Notes under the pieces: model-generated | What the model saw: the letters and a program-made list of their open reading frames with translations, nothing else | What the model was told of the DNA's origin: nothing | The model's database searches: none | Translations under genes and position numbers: made by a program | Source: Alphaproteobacteria bacterium | Lineage (GTDB): Bacteria > Pseudomonadota > Alphaproteobacteria > UBA9219 > RFNS01 | Direction of reading: 5' to 3' | Length of the DNA: 64,000 bases | Assembly: GCA_016124955.1 (NCBI GenBank) | Contig: WGMR01000007.1 | Location: 32,840-96,839 of the forward strand | Shown: piece by piece, positions 1 to 9,071 of the stretch | How positions within the stretch are numbered: position 1 is the first letter of the stretch | How the letters are laid out: the number at the start of each line of letters is the position of its first letter

Positions 1-655
1 GGCGCATGCGCGCGGCGTGCCGGTACTGGCGGACGGCGCGCAGGCGGTGCCCCGCATGCGTGTGGATGTGCGCGCGCTGGATTGCGATTTTTATGTGTTT
101 ACCGGCCACAAGCTGTATGGCCCGACCGGGATCGGTGTGCTGTATGGCAAGGCCGAACATTTGCGCCGGATGCCGCCCTATCAGGGCGGCGGCAGCATGA
201 TCACGGAAGTGAGTTTTGCCGGCACCGGTTTCCGCGAGCCGCCCTTCCGCTTCGAAGCCGGCACGCCGCCGATTGCGGAAGCGATCGGCCTTGCGGCCGC
301 GATCGATTATATCAGCGCCATCGGCATCGACCGTATTGCCGCGCATGAAGACGATTTGCTGCGCTATGCCGAAGACAGGCTGAACGATATTGCGGGTTTG
401 CGCATCATCGGCACTGCGCCGGAAAAGGCCGGGATCATTTCCTTCGTTCTAAGCGGCGTGCACCCGCATGATGTGGGCACCGTGCTGGACCAGCATGGCG
501 TGGCGGTGCGCGCCGGGCATCATTGCGCCCAGCCGGTGATGGAACGCTACGGCATACCCGCCACCGTGCGCGCCTCGTTCGGCATGTACAGCACGCGCGC
601 CGAAGCGGATGCGCTTGCGGCGGCGTTGCGGGTGGCGCAGGACTTGTTCGGATGA
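1..655 (+). CDS. sufS: cysteine desulfurase SufS, C-terminal part (5' end lies outside window)
   Basis: ORF in frame from window edge; translation FTGHKLYGPTGIGVLYGK...GHHCAQP is the PLP-dependent class V aminotransferase / SufS C-terminal region, including the active-site Cys loop; stop overlaps the next start (ATGA). Confidence 0.88.
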   Translation, partial: AHARGVPVLADGAQAVPRMRVDVRALDCDFYVFTGHKLYGPTGIGVLYGKAEHLRRMPPYQGGGSMITEVSFAGTGFREPPFRFEAGTPPIAEAIGLAAAIDYISAIGIDRIAAHEDDLLRYAEDRLNDIAGLRIIGTAPEKAGIISFVLSGVHPHDVGTVLDQHGVAVRAGHHCAQPVMERYGIPATVRASFGMYSTRAEADALAAALRVAQDLFG

Positions 656-1131
656 CGGGCGCCGTTGAAATGGACGATCTGCGCGAGCTGTATCAGGATC
701 TGATCCTCGATCACGGCAAGAACCCGCGCAATTTCCGCGCCATCACGGGCCCGCACCGCGAAGCGCTGGGGCACAACCCGCTATGCGGCGACCGGCTTGT
801 TTTGCACCTGACCCTTGACGAAAGCGATGTGGTTACCGATATCGCATTTCAGGGCACGGGTTGCGCCATTTCGATCGCGTCCGCTTCGATCATGACCGAG
901 ATGCTGAAGGGCCGGACGCGGGACGAGGCGGAAAAGCTGTTTACGGCCTTCCATGCCGCCTGCACCGGCGGCGGGCAGCAGATGCCGGGGGACGTGGACG
1001 CGGACGACCGCGCGCGAATCGCGGCGCTGGCCGGCGTGCGGCATTACCCGGTGCGGGTCAAATGTGCGACGCTGGCCTGGCACAGTATGCAGGCGGCGCT
1101 GAAGGGCGACGAGAAGATTTCAACGGAGTAG
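652..1131 (+). CDS. sufU: SufU-type Fe-S cluster sulfur acceptor/scaffold (NifU-N-like, Zn-dependent)
   Basis: Start ATG overlaps sufS stop; conserved SufU ligand motifs NPLCGD, GTGCAISIAS, VKCATLAW; about 159 aa. Confidence 0.78.
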   Translation: MTGAVEMDDLRELYQDLILDHGKNPRNFRAITGPHREALGHNPLCGDRLVLHLTLDESDVVTDIAFQGTGCAISIASASIMTEMLKGRTRDEAEKLFTAFHAACTGGGQQMPGDVDADDRARIAALAGVRHYPVRVKCATLAWHSMQAALKGDEKISTE

Positions 1132-1134
1132 GGC

Positions 1135-1467
1135 GTGGACGAAACTGCAACCGAGGCAATGAAGCAACAGATCATCGAACAGATCCGGACGGTGCACGAC
1201 CCCGAAATACCGGTGAATGTTTATGATATGGGGCTTATCTACCGGCTTGAATTGACGGAAAGCGAAAGCGGCGCGCCCGATTGCGTGATCGATATGACGC
1301 TGACCACCCCGGCTTGCCCGGTGGCGGGCGCGATGCCCGGCATGGTGAAGGAAGCGGCGGCGCGCGTGCAGGGGCTTGCGGACGTAACCGTGAACCTGGT
1401 GTGGGACCCGCCATGGACCGCCGCGCGCATGAGCGAGGCCGCGAAACTTGAATTGAATATGTTTTGA
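1135..1467 (+). CDS. sufT: SufT / DUF59 (MIP18-family) Fe-S assembly protein
   Basis: 110-aa ORF with alternative start codon immediately after sufU; DUF59-type sequence (TLTTPACPVAG...) in suf operon context. Confidence 0.7.
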   Translation: MDETATEAMKQQIIEQIRTVHDPEIPVNVYDMGLIYRLELTESESGAPDCVIDMTLTTPACPVAGAMPGMVKEAAARVQGLADVTVNLVWDPPWTAARMSEAAKLELNMF

Positions 1468-1937
1468 AGGATGCTGGCATGACCGACCATTCCATGACCG
1501 ATATTGCAGGCCCGCAGGAAAAGCCCGTGCAGGCCGCGCCGGGCGCGCCGCCGCAGGCGGTGACGCTGACCGCAGGCGCCGCGCAGCGCGTGCGCGCCCT
1601 GATCGCGCAGGATATTGACGCCAACCCCGGGCGGGCGGAGATGGAAACGCCGGTTGCGCTCTGGGTCGGGGTGAAGACCAAGGGCTGTTCGGGGCTTAGT
1701 TATGACATGCGTTTCGTCAGCCGCGCCGAGGCCGAAAGTTTTGCGGCCATGAAACGTTTCGAGCGGCCCGAAAAGGTGGAAGCCGGGGGCGTCACGGTTT
1801 ACGTGGATGGCAAAGCCAGCCTTTATCTTGTGGGAACGACGATGGATTGGGTCGATGACGGGCTGGGCGCGAAATTCGCCTTCATCAACCCCAACGAGAA
1901 GGGCCGCTGCGGCTGCGGCGAAAGCTTCCACGTATAG
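1464..1937 (+). CDS. sufA: A-type Fe-S cluster carrier (SufA/ErpA/HesB family)
   Basis: C-terminal CGCGESF motif and internal C(S)G motif typical of HesB/IscA family; overlaps sufT stop by 4 bp. Confidence 0.8.
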   Translation: MKDAGMTDHSMTDIAGPQEKPVQAAPGAPPQAVTLTAGAAQRVRALIAQDIDANPGRAEMETPVALWVGVKTKGCSGLSYDMRFVSRAEAESFAAMKRFERPEKVEAGGVTVYVDGKASLYLVGTTMDWVDDGLGAKFAFINPNEKGRCGCGESFHV

Positions 1938-1946
1938 GGCTGCGGG

Positions 1947-2165
1947 CTAGTGCCTTGGCGGCGGCGGCCCGCCGTGCAGCCACTTCCGGAAAGCGCTGTT
2001 GCGGTCACCCACCTCATAGACCGCCGCGACGCCAAGCATAAGAAGAAACCAGCCGGAAAATAAAATAGCCAGACCGACCGCCCCGGCCACGATTAAGCCA
2101 AGCCCGCATATCTCCGCCCCGACGGATTGAATGGACTGAAGAATCGATTTTCGTTCGGGTTCCAT
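1947..2165 (-). CDS. small hypothetical membrane protein (72 aa)
   Basis: ORF with one predicted TM helix (GLGLIVAGAVGLAILFSGWFLLMLGVAAV) and GAAGG Shine-Dalgarno 8 nt upstream of ATG. Confidence 0.35.
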   Translation of the reverse strand: MEPERKSILQSIQSVGAEICGLGLIVAGAVGLAILFSGWFLLMLGVAAVYEVGDRNSAFRKWLHGGPPPPRH

Positions 2166-2298
2166 AAACAGCCTTCAAATATACGCATCCGGATTATGCC
2201 GCGCATCATAGAGCGGTGTGCCGCGCGCAGGCAAGCGCCGCCGATATTGCGTTATTAACCATAGTGACAAGATAAGGCGTTGCGATACTATAGCGCCC

Positions 2299-2922
2299 AT
2301 GCAGCTTTTCATGACCGGCACCGATACCAATGTGGGCAAGACCGTCGCTTCGGCCTGGCTCGCGCTGCATCTGCGTGCCGATTACTGGAAGCCGATCGAG
2401 ACCGGCGCGGACGAAGGCAGCGATGCGCATCGTGCCGCCGCGCTGGCCGCGTTGCCCGAACAAAATATCTGGAAGCCGGTTTACCGTTTGCACGAACCGC
2501 TTTCGCCGCACGAAGCAGCCAAGCGCGCGGGGGTGAAGATCAATCTGGGACAGTTTTTGCGCCCCAACACGGCGCGCAACCTTGTTGTGGAAGGGATCGG
2601 CGGCGTGATGGTGCCGCTTAACGACCGCGACATGGTGGCGGATTTAATCCGGCACCTTGGGTTGCCTGCGGTGCTGGTGGCGCGCTCGGGCCTTGGCACC
2701 ATCAATCACAGCGTGCTTTCGCTGCGCGCGCTGCGCCGGTTCGAAGTGCCGGTGATGGGCGTGATCATGACCGGCACGCCCGCGCCGCACAACCGCGAGG
2801 CGATCGAGCAGTTCGGCAAAACCAGGGTGCTGGCCGAAATTCCATTGCTGGACGAGGTCACCACAGAAACGCTGCGCGCGATCAAGCCGCGCGTGCCGTT
2901 CGATGCATGGGTTGGGACGTAG
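2299..2922 (+). CDS. bioD: dethiobiotin synthetase
   Basis: MQLFMTGTDTNVGKTV P-loop at N-terminus, conserved EGIGG(V) motif; internal ATG chosen as start (the longer ORF from 2218 has a non-BioD N-terminus). Confidence 0.85.
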   Translation: MQLFMTGTDTNVGKTVASAWLALHLRADYWKPIETGADEGSDAHRAAALAALPEQNIWKPVYRLHEPLSPHEAAKRAGVKINLGQFLRPNTARNLVVEGIGGVMVPLNDRDMVADLIRHLGLPAVLVARSGLGTINHSVLSLRALRRFEVPVMGVIMTGTPAPHNREAIEQFGKTRVLAEIPLLDEVTTETLRAIKPRVPFDAWVGT

Positions 2923-2972
2923 GGCGCGCGGCATTGCCGTCGCACAAATAGTCGGCCAACAGATATGTGAAC

Positions 2973-3929
2973 CTATGTTTGCTTGGGTCCACCGCAATTA
3001 CAGTAAGCCTGCCCGCCGTTTCTTGAATGCGCGAACAATGCCGTGGAGGATGTTGCGTACGCGGAAGACGCCAGCGCCACGATTGAACCAAACTTTGCGA
3101 GCGGCGCCGCGGCCATGAAAAGACCGGCCAGAACGCCGCCAAAACCGCTGGCAACAAGCACACCGCCTGCCGCCGCAAAAAACGCAGCACCTGCGCCGAT
3201 GCGGCCTATTTGACCCAAAACAGGCTTTTCGAGCCGGTTGCCAAGTTCAACCATTTTATTCTGGAACAGCCAGGCTGCGCCAATAGAAAGGCCAAGCGCG
3301 GCGACAATCGGCCAAGTAATGGCAAGAGAAGATGTCAGGACGCCAAACGAATAGAACCATGCCAGGCCTGCGGTGGCCGCCGAACCAGCGGCGATGCCGC
3401 CATCAAGGATCATTTCGCGCGTGGTCTTTGGCTCATGTTTGTTGCTGGGACAATAAGCGCTGCCGCCTTGCCGTGCACTCAATAATAGCGACCCGGCCGA
3501 AATACCGAGAACGCTTCCGGCCAGCACGATGCCCATACCGGCCAGCACAAGCGGGTTGGTGGCCATAAGCGCTGTAACAAGATGCGCGCCAAAGCCGCTT
3601 GCGGTAAGTGCGCCTGCAGCGGTTGCAAAAAGCGACGTTGCCGTAATACTGCGCCCCCATTGGTTATACTCGGGCTGTTCCCTGAGAATGCCTATGCGGA
3701 CCATGTGGTGCTGAATAAAAGGAACGGCAATCATGGAGGCGGCGAACGCCCCGACAACGCGCCACATCAGGTCAAGCCCGGGCGTTAGCGCGCCAAGCGC
3801 GAAGACCCATGCGGCGCCCGTCAGAAATGCCGCGCCCGCAGCCCATGCCGCATGAATAAGGGATTGAGTGTCTGTATCTTTTTTTGTTTTGTCGGCAAGT
3901 TTATCGATATCGGCAGTGGTGGCGTCCAT
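2973..3929 (-). CDS. hypothetical polytopic membrane protein with internal duplication
   Basis: 318-aa Gly/Ala-rich multi-TM ORF; two halves end in related motifs (ARQGGSAYCPSNK / SRNGGQAYCNCGG); AAGGAA SD upstream of ATG. Confidence 0.6.
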   Translation of the reverse strand: MDATTADIDKLADKTKKDTDTQSLIHAAWAAGAAFLTGAAWVFALGALTPGLDLMWRVVGAFAASMIAVPFIQHHMVRIGILREQPEYNQWGRSITATSLFATAAGALTASGFGAHLVTALMATNPLVLAGMGIVLAGSVLGISAGSLLLSARQGGSAYCPSNKHEPKTTREMILDGGIAAGSAATAGLAWFYSFGVLTSSLAITWPIVAALGLSIGAAWLFQNKMVELGNRLEKPVLGQIGRIGAGAAFFAAAGGVLVASGFGGVLAGLFMAAAPLAKFGSIVALASSAYATSSTALFAHSRNGGQAYCNCGGPKQT

Positions 3930-4258
3930 AACTATTCCTTAAATACGTCTATCAGTTTTTTTGCACGAAATAAAAAATCTTTATCGCGGAAACATTGGCA
4001 CAATTCAAACTGTCTCTTCACACAGAAAGTATGAATTGCGTACGGCATGCAATTCCCTGACAATCAAGTCATTTCGCAAGGCACGTTTAGGGTTGTTCCG
4101 TTGCGATTTCAAGAGAAAATGGCAAACGACACCCACGCACCTGCTGAATGTTGCTTTGTTTTAGGAGGTAGTTGCAGGAAAAGCTGAATTTGCCTATCCC
4201 TGAAGAGTTGTTAACTATAAAGGCATAACCTTCTTCATCTTGTGAATAGGTGTTTACC

Positions 4259-6955
4259 ATGTTCCGCCCGCCGCTCAAGAAGCTTTCCGCGAAAAGAAGA
4301 AAGCCCGCCCGCAAGCAGGAAGGCCCGCGCCCCGTCTATCGCAAGGATTACAAAGCACCCGCCTATCTGGTCGATACCGCCGCGCTTGATTTCGATATCC
4401 GGGATAAACGCACGCGCGTCGCTGCAACATTGCAGATGCGCCGCAACCCCGCGCGTACGGAAAAGAACCTGCCGCTTTGGCTGGACGGGGAGGGGCAGGA
4501 TCTGATTTCCGTTTCGCTGAACGGGCGCACGCTTTCCGCGCGCGACTACGCACTTTCCGAACACGGCTTGCAGATAAAGAAGGTGCCGGCGAAATTCACG
4601 GTTGAGATTGTGAGCGCGCACGACCCGCAGAAAAACACCACGCTTTCCGGGCTTTACGCTTCGGGCGGCATGCTTTCCACGCAGTGCGAGGCGGAAGGTT
4701 TCCGCCGCATCGCCTATTATCCCGACCGGCCGGATGTGCTTGCGAAATTCACGGTGCGGATCGAAGCGGATGCGAAGACATATCCCGTGCTGCTTTCAAA
4801 CGGCAACCTGCTGGCCAAGGGAAAGGCGGGCGGCGGGCGGCACTGGGTGAAGTGGCGCGATCCGCACCCCAAGCCCTGTTATCTGTTCGCGCTGGTGGCC
4901 GGGCGGCTCGGCAAGGTTAGCGACCGGTTCGTGACCAAGGACAGGCGCCGCGTGCTGCTCGAGATTTACACCGAGCCCGGCAACGGCGACCGGGTGAAGA
5001 TCGCGATGGATGCGCTGAAAGCGGCGATGCGCTGGGACGAAAAAGCCTACGGGCTTTCCTACGACCTCGATCGCTTCATGATCGTCGCCGTCAGCTTCTT
5101 CAATATGGGCGCGATGGAGAACAAGGGGCTGAACATCTTCAATTCCGACTGTATCCTCGCGCGCCCCGATATCGCGACCGATGCCGATATCGCTTTCGTC
5201 GAGCGCGTGGTCGGCCACGAATATTTCCATAACTGGACCGGTAACCGCATCACCTGCCGCGACTGGTTCCAGCTTTCATTGAAGGAAGGTTTGACGGTAT
5301 TTCGCGAACAGCAGTTTGTGGGCGCGATGCATGACGACGCGCTCGAGCGCGTGCGCGCGGTGCGGGCGCTGCGTTCGCGCCAGTTCGCGGAAGACGCGGG
5401 CCCGACCGCGCACCCCGTGCGGCCGGACAGCTATTTGACGATCGACAATTTCTACACCGCCACGGTCTATGAAAAGGGCGCGGAAGTTTGCCGCATGCTG
5501 CACACATTGCTGGGCGCGGAAGGCTGGCGGCGCGGCATGCAGCTTTATGTGAAGCGGCATGACGGCAGCGCCGCCACATGCGACGATTTTGCCGCCGCGA
5601 TGGCGGACGCAAACCGCATGGACCGCGCGCAATTCATGCGCTGGTACGAACAGGCCGGCACGCCGCGCCTTGCGGTTACCAGTAAATATAACGCCCGGCA
5701 AAAAATGCTTTCGCTGACCGTGCGGCAAAGCTGCCCGCCGACGCCGGGGCAGGCGGCGAAAAAGCCGTTCCATATGCCGTTCGCGGTCGGCCTTCTCGAT
5801 AGCGAGGGCCGCGACATGGGCGGCACGCATGTATTGCAGCTTCGCGCCCCGGTTGAACGTTTCAGCTTCACGAAAGTGCCGGAAAAGCCGGTGCTTTCGC
5901 TGCTGCGCGGTTTTTCCGCGCCGGTGCGGCTCGAATACAATTATAGCGACGAGGATTTGCTGTTTTTGCTCGCGCATGACAGCGACGCCTTCAGCCGGTA
6001 TGAAGCCGGGCAAACGCTGATGCGCAAATATTTGCTGGCCGCGATGAAGGGCAAAAAGACAGCCGCGCCGCCGCCCGCTTTTACGGATGCGCTGGCGCGC
6101 GTGCTGGCCGATCGCGCCATCGCGCCCGCCATGACCGCGCTGATGCTGGCGCTGCCTTCGGAGCATGAGATCGGGCTCGAGCTCGCGGCGCGGGGGCAAT
6201 TGATCGATCCGGACCGCGTGCACCGGGCGCGCGAAAGCGTGCGCGGGCAAATTGCCGGGCGGCTCGAGGCGGATTTCGCCGCGCGCATGCAGGGGCTGAA
6301 GCCCGATGCGCGCAAGGCGGACGGCAAGACGCAGGGCGTGCGCGCGCTGCGCAATCTGTGTCTCGGTTACCTGATGGCGGCGGACGAAAAAGCGTATGCG
6401 CCCGCGGCCATGAAGCAATTGCGTTCATCGAACAGCATGACCGACCAGGTTGTGGCGCTGGCGCTGCTGGCTTCAAGCGCGGCACCGGAGCGCAAACCCG
6501 CGCTCGATCACTTTTATCGCCGCTGGCAAAACCACGAGCTGGTGATCAACAAATGGCTGGCGGTGCAGGCGGGCGCTTCGCGCACCGATACGGCGGCTGC
6601 GGTGGCCGCGCTGCTGCGCCACAAGGCGTATGACAGGAAAAACCCCAACAAGCTGCGCGCGCTCGCGGGCGCGTTCGGCCACGGCAACCCGTGGCGCTTC
6701 CATGCGCCCGACGGTTCGGGCTACCGGCTTGTGGCAGCGGAAGTGCGCGCGGCCGACCGGCTTAATCCGCAGGCGGCGGCGCGGCTCGCGCTCGCGTTCG
6801 AACAATGGCGCGCCTTTGAACCGAAGCGGCAGAAGCTGATGGAAAAAGAGCTGAAGGCGCTGCGCGCGCTCGGTGCCGGCAAGGGCGGCATTTCCCGCAA
6901 TCTTTTCGAAATTGTGGACAAGGCGCTTGTGGCCGGCAAAAAGCCCCGTAAATAG
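4259..6955 (+). CDS. pepN: aminopeptidase N (M1 family zinc metallopeptidase)
   Basis: GAMEN exopeptidase motif (MGAMENKGL) and HEYFHNWTGNR...E zinc-binding signature; about 899 aa; ATG at 4259 preferred over in-frame GTG at 4250. Confidence 0.9.
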   Translation: MFRPPLKKLSAKRRKPARKQEGPRPVYRKDYKAPAYLVDTAALDFDIRDKRTRVAATLQMRRNPARTEKNLPLWLDGEGQDLISVSLNGRTLSARDYALSEHGLQIKKVPAKFTVEIVSAHDPQKNTTLSGLYASGGMLSTQCEAEGFRRIAYYPDRPDVLAKFTVRIEADAKTYPVLLSNGNLLAKGKAGGGRHWVKWRDPHPKPCYLFALVAGRLGKVSDRFVTKDRRRVLLEIYTEPGNGDRVKIAMDALKAAMRWDEKAYGLSYDLDRFMIVAVSFFNMGAMENKGLNIFNSDCILARPDIATDADIAFVERVVGHEYFHNWTGNRITCRDWFQLSLKEGLTVFREQQFVGAMHDDALERVRAVRALRSRQFAEDAGPTAHPVRPDSYLTIDNFYTATVYEKGAEVCRMLHTLLGAEGWRRGMQLYVKRHDGSAATCDDFAAAMADANRMDRAQFMRWYEQAGTPRLAVTSKYNARQKMLSLTVRQSCPPTPGQAAKKPFHMPFAVGLLDSEGRDMGGTHVLQLRAPVERFSFTKVPEKPVLSLLRGFSAPVRLEYNYSDEDLLFLLAHDSDAFSRYEAGQTLMRKYLLAAMKGKKTAAPPPAFTDALARVLADRAIAPAMTALMLALPSEHEIGLELAARGQLIDPDRVHRARESVRGQIAGRLEADFAARMQGLKPDARKADGKTQGVRALRNLCLGYLMAADEKAYAPAAMKQLRSSNSMTDQVVALALLASSAAPERKPALDHFYRRWQNHELVINKWLAVQAGASRTDTAAAVAALLRHKAYDRKNPNKLRALAGAFGHGNPWRFHAPDGSGYRLVAAEVRAADRLNPQAAARLALAFEQWRAFEPKRQKLMEKELKALRALGAGKGGISRNLFEIVDKALVAGKKPRK

Positions 6956-7074
6956 ACGCCCCGGCCCCGGCGTGACCATGCCGGTTGCTGCCCCCTTGCC
7001 ACGGATGCGGGGGGATGGGTAAAGTGGCGGCCTTGGTACTTCCCGCCCCACCGGCTCCAAAAAAGGTTTGCCCG

Positions 7075-7743
7075 ATGCGTATTCGCCTGCTCATCCTCGC
7101 CGCGCTTCTCGTTCTTGTCGCCCTTCCCGCCGCCGCCGCCCCGAGCCGCGCGCAGGATATGATCATGGCCGCGCGCAGCGAACGCATCGTGCGCGCATCG
7201 CCCACCCCGCCCGCGCGCGTGATCCCGACCCCGCCGCCGCGCGTCGTCGATCCCTATGCGCTGCCCGATCTGCTTTCCTTCGCCGGCGGCTATTACGATT
7301 TCAACGAAAACCACCCGCGCAACGAATCGATCGATATCCGGCTCGAGCATCGCTGGGGCATGTCTTTGCTGCCCAAGCTTTCCGATTACTTCCGTTCATG
7401 GAACCCGTATGTGCAGATGCATCCCATCGTCGGCATGCATGTCACGACCGATAGCGCCTTTTACGGCTTCGGCGGGCTGGCGTTCGATTTCCTGATCGGC
7501 GATAACTTTATTATCACCTGGAGCGAGGCGGTCGGCCTATATGACCGTGGCCATGGCAAGCGTCTTGGCTCGGTGATCGAGTTCCGCTCGCAGCTCGAAG
7601 CCGGTATCCGCTTCGACAACGAAATGCGCATAACCGCCGCCGTCAGCCATCTTTCCAACGCCGGCATCACCGGCTGGAACCCGGGCGTGAACATCATCGG
7701 CGGCTACATCCACATTCCGACCAACTGGATCTTCAACTACTGA
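7075..7743 (+). CDS. outer-membrane lipid A 3-O-deacylase (PagL-like) / acyloxyacyl hydrolase family protein
   Basis: Signal peptide MRIRLLILAALLVLVALPAAAA; beta-barrel-like alternating pattern; H-x-S catalytic dyad-like motif (SHLSNAG) near C-terminus as in PagL. Confidence 0.6.
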   Translation: MRIRLLILAALLVLVALPAAAAPSRAQDMIMAARSERIVRASPTPPARVIPTPPPRVVDPYALPDLLSFAGGYYDFNENHPRNESIDIRLEHRWGMSLLPKLSDYFRSWNPYVQMHPIVGMHVTTDSAFYGFGGLAFDFLIGDNFIITWSEAVGLYDRGHGKRLGSVIEFRSQLEAGIRFDNEMRITAAVSHLSNAGITGWNPGVNIIGGYIHIPTNWIFNY

Positions 7744-7891
7744 ATTTTGCCAAGCCGGTAATCTGTCCGGCCCGGCGAAACCGGTTTCGCCCGAAGCAGA
7801 GCCGCAAACAGGCGGTTTTATGTGCCCCGGCCCGGGCGCGCGCGTGATCGTGATTGCGCCGCATGCTGCCTTGCGTGCATAAAGGCTTGTC

Positions 7892-8857
7892 ATGGAAAAC
7901 CAAGCGCCAACACAGACCGCGCCCGCACAAGGCCAGCCCCCTGCGGACCAGCCGTTGCAGGGCATTATCGCGATGCTGCTCAGCGCGTTCTTTTTTGCCA
8001 TCATCACCGCGCTCGTGAAGCAGCTGGGGCAGGATTACGACATTCTGCAGGTGGCGTTCTTTCGCTGTCTGATTGCGTTGGCCGTGCTTGCGCCCTATGT
8101 CAGGCTGAAGCACGGCGGCTGGCACACGATGCGCACCAAGCAGATGAAATGGCATCTGTTTCGTACCGCCACCGGCCTTACTTGCATGCTGTGCATCTTT
8201 TATTCTTTTTCCATGATGCCGCTGGCCGATGCGATGTCGCTGAGCGCTTCCGGGCCTATTTTTACGGCGCTGTGCGCGATCGTGCTTTTGCGCGAAAAGG
8301 TCGGCTGGCAGCGCTGGGCCGCCATTATCATCGGGTTTGCCGGCGTGGTCGTCATGCTGCAGCCGGGCGCGGATACCGAAAGTATCAGCGGCGCGGGCAT
8401 TGCGCTCGCGCTCGCCAGCGCTTTTTTCTTTGGCCTGACCATGACCAATCTGCGTCTGCTCGGGCGCACCGAAGCGCCGCTGGTGACCGTGTTTTATTTT
8501 TCGCTGTTTTCGGCCGTGCTGTGCGCGCTGCCGATGCCTTTTGTCTGGAAGATGCCATCGCTTGATGATCTGCCGTTATTTATATTGTGCGGCCTGTGCG
8601 CGGTCGCGGTGCAGATATTCGTCACCCGCGCCTATTTTTATGCGCCCGCCGCCATCGTCACGCCCTTCAATTACACCGCGATCATATGGGGCGGGGCGTT
8701 CGGCTATTTTTTCTGGGGTGATTTGCCGGGCACCAACATGGTGGTTGGCGCCGTGATCGTGATGCTGGCGAGCGCGATGATCGCCTGGCGCGAAGCGGTT
8801 GTGGCGCGCCGCCGCCGTGCCGTCCCGCCCGTACCGGCCGCGCCGCCGCTCCAATAG
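7892..8857 (+). CDS. DMT-superfamily (EamA-like) transporter
   Basis: About 10 predicted TM helices with duplicated EamA-type organisation. Confidence 0.75.
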   Translation: MENQAPTQTAPAQGQPPADQPLQGIIAMLLSAFFFAIITALVKQLGQDYDILQVAFFRCLIALAVLAPYVRLKHGGWHTMRTKQMKWHLFRTATGLTCMLCIFYSFSMMPLADAMSLSASGPIFTALCAIVLLREKVGWQRWAAIIIGFAGVVVMLQPGADTESISGAGIALALASAFFFGLTMTNLRLLGRTEAPLVTVFYFSLFSAVLCALPMPFVWKMPSLDDLPLFILCGLCAVAVQIFVTRAYFYAPAAIVTPFNYTAIIWGGAFGYFFWGDLPGTNMVVGAVIVMLASAMIAWREAVVARRRRAVPPVPAAPPLQ

Positions 8858-8982
8858 GCGGGCGCGAAGGCGGGCCATTTTGGCCACTCCGGCCCTCGCA
8901 GGGCACAAAGTGGCGGCAGCTTTTGCCCGGTAACATCATCCTTGCCGGACATAAAATCAATATAAATCAATAGGTTAATATT

Positions 8983-8998
8983 TGGCACGGGCCTTGCA
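8983..8998 (+). promoter_or_regulatory. sigma54 (-24/-12) promoter candidate for flgE operon
   Basis: TGGCAC-GGGCC-TTGCA, exact match to the TGGCAC-N5-TTGCA consensus, about 75 bp upstream of the flgE ATG. It is preceded by an IHF-like WATCAANNNNTTR match (8965..8977), and an imperfect GGCA-N-TTTTGCC palindrome (8914..8930) sits further upstream. Confidence 0.55.
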
Positions 8999-9071
8999 CC
9001 GAACGGGGCAGGATTTATTGCGCCTGCCCGGCAAAGGGCCGCGGGGCGCACACCACCAAGGGAGAAGAACC

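Noticed and set aside
3996-4011. TGGCAC hexamer in AT-rich region upstream of pepN (possible sigma54 -24 element)
   Set aside because: No GC dinucleotide at the -12 position (TGGCAC-AATTC-AAACT).
3852-4164. Small ORFs (60-67 aa) in the AT-rich pepN upstream region
   Set aside because: No RBS; composition-driven, in a region where the frames are kept open by low stop-codon density alone.
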